Positions 39,231 to 49,387 of a stretch of DNA of 64,000 nt are shown in pieces. This DNA is from Deltaproteobacteria bacterium (GTDB lineage Bacteria > Desulfobacterota > Syntrophobacteria > BM002). The stretch is taken from the NCBI GenBank assembly GCA_022340905.1, contig JAJDNB010000037.1, forward strand, positions 2,150 through 66,149, read 5' to 3'. How positions within the stretch are numbered: the first letter of the stretch is position 1; the number at the start of each line of letters is the position of its first letter. A model generated the notes under the pieces. That model did not search any database and had not been told where the DNA came from. It saw only the letters and a program-made list of their open reading frames with translations. Both the position numbers and the translations under genes were made by a program.

Positions 39231-40303
39231 AACTCCAAGACCTTTTGATCCAATATTGCAGAAAGACCGCCTCTCTCTGCTGGAATAAATCCGAGAGCTT
39301 CGCGCCAGACATCGTTGCTTTCCATGCACAAATAGATGCACAAATCTGGAGCGACTTTGAGCAACAAATCCTTTAGGCGTGAATACATCTCCACCCGGAG
39401 GTCTCGGAAATAACGCAGTTTTCCGTCCAGTCCCGGGACAAACTCTTCATCCAGAATTGTACTGCCGCGATGGTCTTGTTTAATTATAGCTTTAAGTGGC
39501 GGCATGAACCGGAGACTACCCAGACTGATCCACGCCACAACACCTGGATCCACCACTGAAAAGAGGCGATCCACAACCTCAGCGTAACCCCCTTTCCACC
39601 TAGGGTAAGCAAGAAGGGGATCAAAGTGAAAAGCCAGGCGATAGCCCCAATCCTGGCAACGGCGAGCTGCCGCAAGCCTTTCTTCCAAGGAGGAGGCAGT
39701 CCCTTCCTCCCGGTCGATCACCTCAGGTGGATTGAGCGACCAAGCAACAATAGTGCGTCCTCGGTGATCCAGTTTTTCGAGTAGGTCAACTTGTGAGGTC
39801 TTGGTTTTCAATTCGAGAACAGCACTGGGTTGCTTAGCGAAAAACGGTACCAAAAGCTCGCTCGCACGAGTCAAGTGATCCAAGAGCAGACTGTCGGTAA
39901 ACTCCCCGGTTCCGATGCGGTGCACTTTTCTGCGGGAGGTCCTGAGATGATCATCTAACTGTTGAAGCAAGTCGTCGAAATTGGCAAATAGCCTCACGTT
40001 GGAATTGGGGAAATAGACCTGGAGTATACAGTAGGAGCAACCAAGAGAACATTGGTTGGCAAAATTTAGTATCTGGTAGCCGCAACAGTTGTAGAAGCGC
40101 GTTCCCGGGCAGGCTTTTACAAAACGTCCCCTGAATCTTGCTACTTCCAGAGTTTTACTTGTTTCACTTTTCCTATCTTCACCGAACCGATCTACCCATT
40201 GCACCGGGATTTCAGGTAGACTTGCCAGGATCCCTCGAACCATTGGGCTCCCAGCAACCTCCTTTTCAATTACCAACCTCTCGGGATGATACGCCACTCG
40301 CAC
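39221..40303 (-). CDS. radical SAM protein, spore-photoproduct-lyase (SplB)-like DNA repair family
   Basis: CSLGCSYC (CX3CX2C) cluster motif and SPL-family length. Confidence 0.65.
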   Translation of the reverse strand: MRVAYHPERLVIEKEVAGSPMVRGILASLPEIPVQWVDRFGEDRKSETSKTLEVARFRGRFVKACPGTRFYNCCGYQILNFANQCSLGCSYCILQVYFPNSNVRLFANFDDLLQQLDDHLRTSRRKVHRIGTGEFTDSLLLDHLTRASELLVPFFAKQPSAVLELKTKTSQVDLLEKLDHRGRTIVAWSLNPPEVIDREEGTASSLEERLAAARRCQDWGYRLAFHFDPLLAYPRWKGGYAEVVDRLFSVVDPGVVAWISLGSLRFMPPLKAIIKQDHRGSTILDEEFVPGLDGKLRYFRDLRVEMYSRLKDLLLKVAPDLCIYLCMESNDVWREALGFIPAERGGLSAILDQKVLELLD

Positions 40304-41261
40304 TTTCCATTATGGTTTGGAGTTTGGGCTGATCGGCTAGTAGGACCATATGTCGCAGCCGACTTGCTAACTCCTCGGCTCGCTCAAAGGTGCATTCCAA
40401 AATCCACTTGGGCCCCTCAAAGTAAGGCGGAGGTACCAGTCGCACTCCAGAGGGCAGACCGAGTTGCCTTGTCTCCTGGGCAAACCTCTCCCTGCGGGCG
40501 GTGAGGCGGGGATTGCATCGGTCCCGCAGGTACTTTCTAATTTTTTGGGCGCGCTGCCGTGCAGGACTCTCGTGGGCTTGACGCAGTGTTGTGACCTCCT
40601 TACTGCTCAAAACCTGTTGAGGGGTAAGATTTTCTCTCCGGGAAATGTCCTCAACCGTTTCTACTAATTCCTCCTGGACACTCACGCTGAAAGGAAGCTC
40701 CTCAAATAAACGCAAGTAGGCAAGCCGGTCCTCTTTTTCCTGCTTGGCCAAAACAAAACCAATGCGTTCGTTGAGTCTGCCCGTAGCCAGGGAATCTAGT
40801 ATCATCTCCTCCAGATCATGCAAGCCGAGGTAACGGTCAAAAAGTGTAACACTGGGTTCCAAATCCAGAACGGGCATGAACTCATCAACGAGTTGTGGCT
40901 CCTCCAAGTATTTCGCCATCTTAGCAAGAACCAAAGACTTCTCTACTGGATTTAAAGTCCTTTGAGCCACGTTGTCGTAAATTGCCAGCCGAAGGCATGT
41001 TTGATGTTCTAGAAAGCTTGGCAGCACCTGACAGGGTGATAAGTCTAAACCGATCTTCTTGCAGGCAGCCAATCGACGGCTTCCGCAGACGATCCTGAAG
41101 AGACCATTTTTTTTGCCCTGCAGCAGGGGTGGCGCAATCAAGCCGACGGTTTGAATGGAAAGCAGAAGTTTATGGGGAAGAGGCCCATAAGTAATCAGAC
41201 AGGAGGTATCATTCCAATCTATTTGGTCAAGTTGGATGGAACGTGATTCCGTCTCAAACAT
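40266..41261 (-). CDS. ParB N-terminal domain (ParB/sulfiredoxin-like nuclease) protein
   Basis: FRIVCGSRRLAACKKIGL is a ParB box-like motif. The gene overlaps the SplB-like gene by 38 bp. Confidence 0.5.
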   Translation of the reverse strand: MFETESRSIQLDQIDWNDTSCLITYGPLPHKLLLSIQTVGLIAPPLLQGKKNGLFRIVCGSRRLAACKKIGLDLSPCQVLPSFLEHQTCLRLAIYDNVAQRTLNPVEKSLVLAKMAKYLEEPQLVDEFMPVLDLEPSVTLFDRYLGLHDLEEMILDSLATGRLNERIGFVLAKQEKEDRLAYLRLFEELPFSVSVQEELVETVEDISRRENLTPQQVLSSKEVTTLRQAHESPARQRAQKIRKYLRDRCNPRLTARRERFAQETRQLGLPSGVRLVPPPYFEGPKWILECTFERAEELASRLRHMVLLADQPKLQTIMESASGVSSREVGN

Positions 41262-41272
41262 AATCCCTCTCC

Positions 41273-41459
41273 TAGCCCGGATATTTCATGAATTGCTGTT
41301 GCGAGACCGCGAAGATGGGCTTACTACTGGGTAACCACAGGGTGTTGGTTTCGAGGCGTACCTGAATGGTACGCCGCAGGAGCCAACACTCGAGGACGCC
41401 CGGAAGGACGGCCAGATCCGTGGTCGTAGTAAGCCATTCATGAAATATCCGGGCTAGCC
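41273..41459. mobile_element. Family B MITE-like element, copy B3
   Basis: ctagcccggatatttcatgaat ... attcatgaaatatccgggctag. Its terminal CTAG supplies the purC TAG stop. Confidence 0.75.
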
Positions 41460-42341
41460 TTGGGTAAGACGTTCAAGTGCCTCCAAGTAACGGGTCCTGG
41501 TGTTCTGCACTACCTCGTCAGGAAGCGGAGGGGCTGGCGGCTTGTGATTCCAACCGCTTCGGTCAAGGTAATCCCGCAAGTACTGCTTGTCATAACTCTC
41601 CTGACTCCGACCCGGCTCATACTTGTCTGCTGGCCAGAATCTCGAGGAATCTGGGGTAAGTACTTCATCTATTAAAGTAAGTCTATTCCCTATTGTGCCG
41701 AATTCAAACTTTGTATCGGCTATGATTATGCCACTCTCGCGAGCAATAGCTGCCCCTTTCTGGTACAAAGCTATGCTGAGATCCCGAAGTTTTTCTGCCA
41801 AGTTCGTCCCCACCTTTTCACTCAAGGTGGCAAAATCTATGTTCTCATCGTGGAGACCCCGCTCAGCCTTTGTTGAGGGGGTAAAGATGGGCGATTCCAG
41901 GCGAGAGGACTCCAAAAGTCCCACGGGAAGATTAATTCCGCATACAGATCCCTCTCTCTCATAATCCTTCCAACCGGATCCGCTGAGATAACCACGCACA
42001 ATACATTCCACCGGCAGAGGTTTAGCTTTGGTCACCAGCATACTGCGACCCCTCAATTCCGCCGCATACGGGAGGCATTGTTCGGGATACTCATCAACCT
42101 TCACAGTTACCAGGTGGTTATCCACCACGTCGGCCAGAGCCTCAAACCAGAAGGTGGAGATTTTGGTCAAAATCCTGCCTTTGTCAGGAATTGGCGTGGG
42201 CATTACCACGTCATAGGCAGAGATTCTGTCAGTGGCAACTATGAGCAACTGTTCCCCCAAGTCATAAATGTCGCGTACCTTTCCCCTTCCGCGCAGGGTA
42301 AGGTCAGGAAAATTGGTCTGAAACATCAGCACAGACGTCAT
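41454..42341 (-). CDS. purC: phosphoribosylaminoimidazole-succinocarboxamide synthase
   Basis: SAICAR synthetase motifs. The ATG at 42341 has a GGAGGAAGG RBS. Confidence 0.85.
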   Translation of the reverse strand: MTSVLMFQTNFPDLTLRGRGKVRDIYDLGEQLLIVATDRISAYDVVMPTPIPDKGRILTKISTFWFEALADVVDNHLVTVKVDEYPEQCLPYAAELRGRSMLVTKAKPLPVECIVRGYLSGSGWKDYEREGSVCGINLPVGLLESSRLESPIFTPSTKAERGLHDENIDFATLSEKVGTNLAEKLRDLSIALYQKGAAIARESGIIIADTKFEFGTIGNRLTLIDEVLTPDSSRFWPADKYEPGRSQESYDKQYLRDYLDRSGWNHKPPAPPLPDEVVQNTRTRYLEALERLTQG

Positions 42342-42377
42342 ATTATCCTTCCTCCACCTAATCACCTTTGAAATTAG

Positions 42378-42470
42378 ACCACAAAGTACACAAAGAGCAC
42401 AAAGAATGAAAAAAACAGGAGATTAGACCGCCACTGAATCCTTTGTGTCCTTTGTGATCTTTGCGGTTGT
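42378..42470. repeat. Family A palindromic repeat, copy A4
   Basis: gaccacaaagtacacaaagagcacaaagaatg ... cctttgtgtcctttgtgatctttgcggttg. Confidence 0.8.
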
Positions 42471-42558
42471 AACTTTGCGGCCCTACCGGATACTAGAACG
42501 GACAAAGGGGCGGCCCAACGCGCTTTGAGGACCGCCCCCCTAATGATGAGAGTCGATT

Positions 42559-44547
42559 TTATCCGATTACTGCCAGAGTGTTGCCTTTCTGAACTGAATC
42601 ACCACTTTTGAACGGTATCGACAGGACAGTCCCGGAGATAGGGGCAGTAATGGAATTCTCCATCTTCATAGCCTCTAGAATGAGGATGACATCCCCCTCA
42701 TTTACCGAGTCCCCCTCATTGACTTCATAGCGGATTACCATTCCCGGCATGGGCGCCTCAATAGGAGTGCCCTCTGCAGCAGGCTTAGCAACGGGCTTGG
42801 CCGGTTCGGGTGCTGCCGCGGGTGCTGGTGCTCGAGGAGCAGGAGCAGTCACTGGCGCAGTAGTCGGCGCCGCTGGTTGCGGCATCATAGGGGCAACCGC
42901 GGTCACGACTGGTGCTCCTCCCACTTCATCTACCTCCACTTCAAAGTAGTCGCCGTCCACAAATACATTGAAGGTTCGAACCCCCGGGCCCTTTTCCGGT
43001 GCTGCCTTTTCCACCTTCTCAATTAATTTACCAGCTTTGGCCAGAGCTACCAAATGCTCCAATTCCTTGACTTCTTCCAAAGTCTTAGGTTTGACTTCGG
43101 CCGGGATTTCTTCCAGGCCATATTTCCATTTCAAAAATCGAACCCCCGTGGTGGGATAAAGGGCAACAATGAGCAGATCGTCTATATCTTTGGCCAGGTC
43201 GCCTGCCACAGCCTTGGCTTTATCCAGTTCGGGTTCCAGGACATCAGCCGGTCTGACCTTGATGGGTTTTTCCCCGCGCTCGTAGCCCTTCAAGGCCTTC
43301 TTACGAACCTCTGGATCAATGGGCACAGGTGTCTCGCCGTAGAGGCCGTAACAGAGATCCTTGACCTGTGCGGTGATCATTTTGTAGCGTTCGTCTTTGC
43401 TATCAAAGAGAACATTGTTAACCGTCTGAATTCCAACAATCTGACTTGTGGGAGTTACTAAGGGTACCTGCCCCAACTCTTTCCGGACTCGGGGAAGTTC
43501 CTTGAAAACCTCGTCAATGCGATCCAAGGCATCCATTTCCCTGAGCTGGTTTACCAGATTGGAGAGCATGCCCCCTGGAGTCTGATGGAGAAGCACGTTG
43601 ATATCTATGACCGAAAGCTTGGTGTCATCCAAGAGATGCCTATATTTGGGAGTCACTTTTTCTATATGCTGAGAGAGAGCTGCCAGCTGTACGATGTCAA
43701 AGCCGGTATCCCTGTTTGTTCCCTTGAGCGTCATTACCAGGGGTTCAGTAGCCGGGTGTGAGGTCCGGTACGCCCAAGGTGACAGTACAGTGTCAACAAT
43801 GTCCACTCCTGCCTCTATAGCCTTTAACAGGGCCATGTCTGACTGGCCGGATGTGAAGTGGCTGTGGAGGTGAATGGGCACTTTCACCTGTTCCTTAAGG
43901 GCCTTTACCAACATATAGGCATCATAGGGAGAGATAAGACCTGCCATATCCTTAATACATACAGTGTCTGCCCCCATATCCTCCAGCTGTTTGGCCTTCT
44001 TAACGTAGTATTCGGTATTATAGACCGGCCCTCCCATGCGGGGCTCTGTGAGAGAATAGCAGATGGCTCCCTGAAAATGTTTGCCCATTTTTTTAATTAC
44101 CGGCACAACCGTAGAAAAATTTCGCAGATCATTCACCGCATCAAAAACCCGAAAAACATCGATACCGTTTTCAGCTGCTCGCTCCACGAATATCTTGGCC
44201 ACATCGTCGGCGTAGTTGCGATAGCCCACCAGATTCTGCCCGCGAAGCAACATCTGCAGCGGAGTTTTCTTGAGGTACTTTTTCAATGTTCGCGGTCTTT
44301 CCCATGGATCTTCCCCGAGGAATCGGTGCATGGTGTCGAAAGTTGCACCACCCCACACGCCCAAGGCCCAGAAACCCACCTTATCCATCTCTTCCGCTAT
44401 GGGTATCATGTCTTCGGTGCGCCCGCGGGTAGCGAAGATTGATTGGTGCGCATCACGAAAGGTCAAATCTTGAATCTTGACCGGATTGGTCACTTTTACT
44501 TTCTCTTCTAACAATCCGGCCGTAAGTTTACCGTGTTTGTCTGCCAT
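42559..44547 (-). CDS. biotin-containing carboxyltransferase (oxaloacetate decarboxylase alpha / pyruvate carboxylase subunit B / transcarboxylase 5S-like)
   Basis: 662 aa. HMGL-like carboxyltransferase domain, Pro/Ala linker and C-terminal biotinyl domain with EAMKM. Confidence 0.85.
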   Translation of the reverse strand: MADKHGKLTAGLLEEKVKVTNPVKIQDLTFRDAHQSIFATRGRTEDMIPIAEEMDKVGFWALGVWGGATFDTMHRFLGEDPWERPRTLKKYLKKTPLQMLLRGQNLVGYRNYADDVAKIFVERAAENGIDVFRVFDAVNDLRNFSTVVPVIKKMGKHFQGAICYSLTEPRMGGPVYNTEYYVKKAKQLEDMGADTVCIKDMAGLISPYDAYMLVKALKEQVKVPIHLHSHFTSGQSDMALLKAIEAGVDIVDTVLSPWAYRTSHPATEPLVMTLKGTNRDTGFDIVQLAALSQHIEKVTPKYRHLLDDTKLSVIDINVLLHQTPGGMLSNLVNQLREMDALDRIDEVFKELPRVRKELGQVPLVTPTSQIVGIQTVNNVLFDSKDERYKMITAQVKDLCYGLYGETPVPIDPEVRKKALKGYERGEKPIKVRPADVLEPELDKAKAVAGDLAKDIDDLLIVALYPTTGVRFLKWKYGLEEIPAEVKPKTLEEVKELEHLVALAKAGKLIEKVEKAAPEKGPGVRTFNVFVDGDYFEVEVDEVGGAPVVTAVAPMMPQPAAPTTAPVTAPAPRAPAPAAAPEPAKPVAKPAAEGTPIEAPMPGMVIRYEVNEGDSVNEGDVILILEAMKMENSITAPISGTVLSIPFKSGDSVQKGNTLAVIG

Positions 44548-44973
44548 AATTCTCTCCTCTTAGTCTCTCCTGCCAATTTTTAAAACTCTGAGCCGAAGCA
44601 AGGTCGTTCCGTGGTATGTTTTCAATACCTATCAAAAGGAACAGAAAAAATACAACCAGCAGAATGATTGATAACGCCGATCCTCTAAAGCCCTATAAAA
44701 CTAGCGCATTATACGCATTTGAAGCAGCCGGCGCATCTCCATCCCAGCCTGCCTCCCCGAGGCGGACCATAGGCTTACTGCGCCCACAGCCGGTGCAGAT
44801 ACCGGCCTGCTTACCGCTGCCATTGCCAGTTGTTGTTCTTCTTGGCTCCTCAGGTATCGATAGACTGCGGTAACCGCCGCAATCATGCGTTTCTTTTTCC
44901 ATGCGTCCATTGTCATCAAATAGATCCTTGCTTTCCTGAACTTCTTCCACCCAATCCAAATGGCTTAATTGTC

Positions 44974-45055
44974 ACCACAGAGTACACAAAGAGCACAAAG
45001 GAAATAAGGATACTGAATTCGTCTTTCTTTGTGTTCTTCGCGGTCTTTGTGGTTT
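44974..45055. repeat. Family A palindromic repeat, copy A5
   Basis: caccacagagtacacaaagagcacaaaggaaat ... ctttctttgtgttcttcgcggtctttgtggtt. Confidence 0.8.
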
Positions 45056-45124
45056 ACTTATATCTTTGTAATTTCAACCAAAATTAATTTAGGCCACTCA
45101 CTGCCAAGGTTTGGCCTTACGCGA

Positions 45125-45679
45125 TCAAAGGCCAAGTTTGTCGCTAATCCCCTGCATGGCTTTGAGGCTGAGTTCAGCAAAATCAGCCAGGTCCACTCCG
45201 ATTTCCTCACAGAGCCGGATCTGCTCTCGATTAACCCGTCTGGCAAAATCTTTTTGTTTCAGCCGCTTCAAGATGGATTTGGGTTTAACACTTTCCAAAC
45301 GCTTATCAGGGTAAACGAGTGCCGTGGCTATAACCATGCCGGTAATGGATTCGGCGCAAGTGAGGGCGAAATCGAGCCTGGACTGTCTCTCCAGACCCAA
45401 GACCTCAGCATTGTGCGCTTTGATAGCGCTGATCACCTCAGCGGGCAAGTCGCTGTCGGCCAGAATGGCAGCCGTCTTTAGGCCATGTGCGGAGGGATTT
45501 TCAGCCGTCTCCTCATAGTCCAAGTCGTGCAGAAGACCTGCAATGCCCCATAACTCCACGGGTTCATCTAACCGCTCTGCCAAAGCCCGCATTACTGCTT
45601 CAGTGGCAAGGCAGTGTTTTTTCAAATTGTCAGCCCTTAGGTGGCTTTCGAGCAAATCGAGAGCTTGGTGACGATCCAT
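45125..45679 (-). CDS. HD domain phosphohydrolase
   Basis: H...HD motif (GLLHDLDY). Confidence 0.65.
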   Translation of the reverse strand: MDRHQALDLLESHLRADNLKKHCLATEAVMRALAERLDEPVELWGIAGLLHDLDYEETAENPSAHGLKTAAILADSDLPAEVISAIKAHNAEVLGLERQSRLDFALTCAESITGMVIATALVYPDKRLESVKPKSILKRLKQKDFARRVNREQIRLCEEIGVDLADFAELSLKAMQGISDKLGL

Positions 45680-45720
45680 CTTCTAACTCGCAGTTTCTTG
45701 ATGAATAAAAGGAAGTATTA

Positions 45721-45822
45721 ACCACAGAGTTCACAGAGGCCACAGAGTAATTAAAAAATTCTAACCCGGCTTGACTCAATCTTATATATCTTCCTTTGTG
45801 TTCTCTGTGTGCTCTGTGGTTC
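45721..45822. repeat. Family A variant (CACAGAG units), copy A6
   Basis: accacagagttcacagaggccacagag ... cctttgtgttctctgtgtgctctgtggtt. Confidence 0.75.
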
Positions 45823-45847
45823 AAATGGTGCCGTCTCAAGGAATAGT

Positions 45848-46186
45848 CTATGCTGCCTTGGTGGCCCGACGGGTCTTCTTTTTCAGCCGATTAATCTTCT
45901 TCCTGAGTATTTGCACCTTACCTTTTTCTCCCGCCTCCCTCATTGCTTCTTTCTGGCTCCGGAGCTCCCTTATCTTCTTCTTAATGCTGCGAACGTCCAC
46001 GCTCTTGTCGCGCTTTTTTTCACCTTCCACTCCTTGCGCCTCCTTGATGGCGGCAACGAGCTCACTTTTATTCATGGCATGAACGCCGACGATACCCTCC
46101 ATACCGAGGGCCATCTCTCGCAGTTCCTTGGCAGTCATTTTATCTAGGGGTTTTTCCTTCTTTTCCTTTTTCTCTTTTGTAGCCAT
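45848..46186 (-). CDS. Rho termination factor N-terminal domain-containing small protein with Lys-rich tail
   Basis: LDKMTAKELREMALGMEGIVGVHAMNKSELVAAIKEAQ matches the Rho_N motif. Confidence 0.55.
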   Translation of the reverse strand: MATKEKKEKKEKPLDKMTAKELREMALGMEGIVGVHAMNKSELVAAIKEAQGVEGEKKRDKSVDVRSIKKKIRELRSQKEAMREAGEKGKVQILRKKINRLKKKTRRATKAA

Positions 46187-46244
46187 TTACTTCCACTCCT
46201 CCGTTAGTCGAGCAAGGACAATCGGGTGTTTTGGGCACATCACC

Positions 46245-47030
46245 TTACTTGTCAGATTCGTCTTTTTTGCTCTTCTCGAGCACTTCCTTGAACTGAAGAA
46301 ATGGTTTGAACAAGTCTATTGGAATGGGGAAAAGGGTGGTTGAATTGTTTTCCGCCGAAACCTCCCTCAGTGTCTGAAGGTATCGCAACTGCAGGGCCAT
46401 GGGATGCTCAGCGATTATGCTCGCTGCTTCGGCTAAGCGGGCTGCCGCCTGGTGTTCACCTTCAGCATTTATAACCTTGGCACGTCTTTCCCTTTCAGCC
46501 TCGGCCTGCCTCGCCATAGCACGCTGCATGTCTTGGGGCAAATCGATGTGTTTGACTTCAACTGTGGTAACTTTAACGCCCCAGGGATCTGTGTGCTTGT
46601 CCAAAATCTCTTGCAGTTGGGTGTTTATCTTCTCTCTGTCAGACAGGAGTTCATCGAGCTCCGCCCCACCACAGACGCTTCGTAAGGTGGTCTGGGCCAA
46701 CTGAGAAGTAGCGTAGAGATAGTTTTCCACCTCCACTACCGCCTTAATTGAATCCATAACCCGGAAATAGATAACTGCATTTACCTTGACAGACACGTTG
46801 TCTCGAGTAATTACGTCCTGCGGCGGCACATCCATGGCCACCAGCCGCAGACTGATTTTCACCAGCCTGTCCACTACCGGTATTATGATAATGAGCCCCG
46901 GGCCTTTGGCTCTACTCATTACACGGCCTAAACGGAATACAACTCCCCTTTCGTACTCATTTAAGATCCTAATTGCACTGGCCAAAAAAAGGACCGCGAG
47001 TACTAGCAAAAATATAATTGAATAAGACAT
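46245..47030 (-). CDS. SPFH/band 7 (stomatin-like) protein
   Basis: The stomatin core is present. The ATG at 47030 has an AGGAGG RBS; the track start at 47105 would overlap nfeD. Confidence 0.8.
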   Translation of the reverse strand: MSYSIIFLLVLAVLFLASAIRILNEYERGVVFRLGRVMSRAKGPGLIIIIPVVDRLVKISLRLVAMDVPPQDVITRDNVSVKVNAVIYFRVMDSIKAVVEVENYLYATSQLAQTTLRSVCGGAELDELLSDREKINTQLQEILDKHTDPWGVKVTTVEVKHIDLPQDMQRAMARQAEAERERRAKVINAEGEHQAAARLAEAASIIAEHPMALQLRYLQTLREVSAENNSTTLFPIPIDLFKPFLQFKEVLEKSKKDESDK

Positions 47031-47088
47031 GGAGTCCTCCTGCCAAGGCAGCGAAAAATGCTGTAAATTCCCGCTGTCAGCGATCAAA

Positions 47089-48432
47089 TCATTGTTTTGT
47101 ATCACCTATCTTTCTTACTTTCAACAACAAATTTTCAACCCCAATTATCTCCACCCTGGTACCAACGGGCACTATGTCCTCGCAGGTAGCGTTCCACAGT
47201 TCGCCGTGGACGAACACCTTGCCCTCTGGGGCCAAAGGCTCTTTGGCAACCGCTACTTCGCCGATCAACCCTTGATATCCGGTGCGAGGCTTGGCCATGT
47301 GGGCCCGGACAGCCAGGAAAGCCACAGCCATGAAGAACCCTGAGATGACTAGTACTGCGGGAATCAATACGCTCCAAGAAACCCGCAAACCGGTATTCCC
47401 GGTATTAAAGAGCATAATGGATCCCAGGGTTAGACAAATAACACCCCCTATGCTGAGTAAACCGTAGCTGGTTACTTTGATCTCCAGCAGAAATAGAATG
47501 GCGCCCAATAGGATCAACAACAACCCAGCATAGTTTACTGATAGGGTCTGGAATGCGTAAAAGGCAAGAATAAGGGAAATTCCACCAATGACACCAGGGA
47601 AGATAGCGCCCGGATGGGAGAGCTCGAAATAAAGGCCTGCTAAACCAATGAGCATCAGTATGTAGGCGATATTTGGGTTGCTTATGGTTTTGAGAATCTT
47701 ATCTCGCAGATTCTCCTGGACTCGTTCGATGGAGACCCCTTTGAGGGCCAGCTTCTTTTCTCCTTCTTTGGTCTGCACCGGCCAGCCTTCTAGTTTGAGC
47801 AATAGATCGTCCATGTCTTTGGCCATCAGATCAATGACATTCAGCTTGAGTGCCTCTTTAGCAGTTATCGACACGCTTTTTCTGACCGCCTCTTCGGCCC
47901 AGTCAGCATTGCGACCTCTTCTGTTGGCAATGGACTTGATGAACGCCACCAGATCATTGACCATCTTGGTGTTCATGGTCTCGTCCATCTCCTTGCCCCC
48001 AGCCACAACCGGATGAGCGGCGCCAATGTTGGTCCCTGGCGCCATGGCAGCAACATCGGCAGCCATCACCACAAACACACCTGCAGATGCAGCCTGGGCG
48101 CCGCTGGGCGACACGTAAACCACCACCGGAATCGGGGCGTTCATGATGGTCTTCACCATGGTTCTCATGGAGGAAACCAAACCACCAGGGGTGTCCAATT
48201 CAAGCACAATGAGCACTGCCCCATCTTCCACTGCTTGTTGTGTCCCTCTCGCCAGAAAAGCCGCAGTACCCGGGTTTATACTCTCCTCGATACGAATTAC
48301 CGTTACGCGGTTGCCAGTCGCCGCGGAGAGTGAAATGTTACAGGTCATCAGAACCATAAGAAACGAACCAACCAGAAAATAGAAACCCATTCTCAGTCTG
48401 GCAGTTAATTTCGCTACAAACCGCATTGTCAT
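47089..48432 (-). CDS. NfeD family membrane-bound ClpP-class protease
   Basis: N-terminal ClpP-like protease domain, TM segments and C-terminal OB domain. It is paired with the stomatin gene. Confidence 0.8.
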   Translation of the reverse strand: MTMRFVAKLTARLRMGFYFLVGSFLMVLMTCNISLSAATGNRVTVIRIEESINPGTAAFLARGTQQAVEDGAVLIVLELDTPGGLVSSMRTMVKTIMNAPIPVVVYVSPSGAQAASAGVFVVMAADVAAMAPGTNIGAAHPVVAGGKEMDETMNTKMVNDLVAFIKSIANRRGRNADWAEEAVRKSVSITAKEALKLNVIDLMAKDMDDLLLKLEGWPVQTKEGEKKLALKGVSIERVQENLRDKILKTISNPNIAYILMLIGLAGLYFELSHPGAIFPGVIGGISLILAFYAFQTLSVNYAGLLLILLGAILFLLEIKVTSYGLLSIGGVICLTLGSIMLFNTGNTGLRVSWSVLIPAVLVISGFFMAVAFLAVRAHMAKPRTGYQGLIGEVAVAKEPLAPEGKVFVHGELWNATCEDIVPVGTRVEIIGVENLLLKVRKIGDTKQ

Positions 48433-48515
48433 TTCCTTTCTCTATCTCCTAGACCAGAATCGGCCTTTCTGCCATTATCACTAGAGGTACTGCAAAAGCT
48501 CCCAGGCCAGCATCC

Positions 48516-49244
48516 TTAGCTATCCCCCTTGTGTAATAGAGACAGGAGCAATTGGACATCCTTCCAAGCCTGGCGCTTCTGTAGAGGATTGCGGAGAAGA
48601 TATGCAGGATGGTAAGTGGGCACCACCGGAATACCTTCAAACTGATGTACCTGGTTTCTCAATCTTGATATTGGTTGCTGGGAGGAAAGCAGAAATTGGG
48701 CGGCAAAACTTCCCAGGGCCAAAATGGCCTGGGGGCGAATGGCCTGAAGCTGGCGGCGAAGGAAGGGACCGCAGGCTTCGATTTCATCTGGCAATGGGTC
48801 TCGGTTCTTCGGTGGTCTGCACTTGATCACGTTGCAAATGTACACCTCTTGGCGTCGCCACCCCATTGATGCGATTATGAGATCGAGTAATTTACCGGCT
48901 GGACCTACAAAGGGCCGACCCATTCGATCCTCTTCCCGACCTGGTCCTTCTCCAACGAGCACCACTCTCGCTGAGGGGTTACCTTCCCCAAAAACAATAT
49001 GGGTCCGATGAGAGTGAAGTCTGCAGCGGATACATTCTCCCAGATCGACCCTTATCTCATCCATGCTCTCCGGCTGAGCCTTAATGGTAGTTGCCCACTT
49101 TGATGGCAACCATTCGAGACCCATTATGGCCTGGTAGCTGAGATGCTGGCGAAGGGAGGTTGCCAACCGTGCAAGCTCTCGGCGAGTAGATCGCATCACC
49201 TCAATGTTATCACGGGTTTTTTCATCCTGGCCGGCAAGGCTCAT
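48516..49244 (-). CDS. uracil-DNA glycosylase, family 4
   Basis: CIRCRLH...VFGEGNP...GPAG motifs. Confidence 0.8.
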   Translation of the reverse strand: MSLAGQDEKTRDNIEVMRSTRRELARLATSLRQHLSYQAIMGLEWLPSKWATTIKAQPESMDEIRVDLGECIRCRLHSHRTHIVFGEGNPSARVVLVGEGPGREEDRMGRPFVGPAGKLLDLIIASMGWRRQEVYICNVIKCRPPKNRDPLPDEIEACGPFLRRQLQAIRPQAILALGSFAAQFLLSSQQPISRLRNQVHQFEGIPVVPTYHPAYLLRNPLQKRQAWKDVQLLLSLLHKGDS

Positions 49245-49387
49245 ACTATACCTTATCCCAGATAGGCCCTAAAGTCGCTTTTCTACACCGGTAAATAGAG
49301 CTACGTTTGTACGTTTTTCCTCGACAGAGAGATGCACCCTCGGGGTTAATACTTTCGGACTCCCATTATAACAGGTTTTAAAAATCC

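Noticed and set aside
42955-42990. tRNA-like T-loop motifs (ggttcgaa) at about 42960 and 55985
   Set aside because: Both are inside well-supported CDSs (carboxyltransferase, rlmB) and have no acceptor or anticodon stem context. No tRNA or rRNA was found in the window.
43858-44442. 194-aa plus-strand ORF, and similar long antisense ORFs (22425..23102, 33800..34276, 14309..14560, 6884..7426, 48013..48333)
   Set aside because: Each lies antisense within a strongly supported conserved gene. These are typical shadow ORFs of GC-balanced coding sequence.
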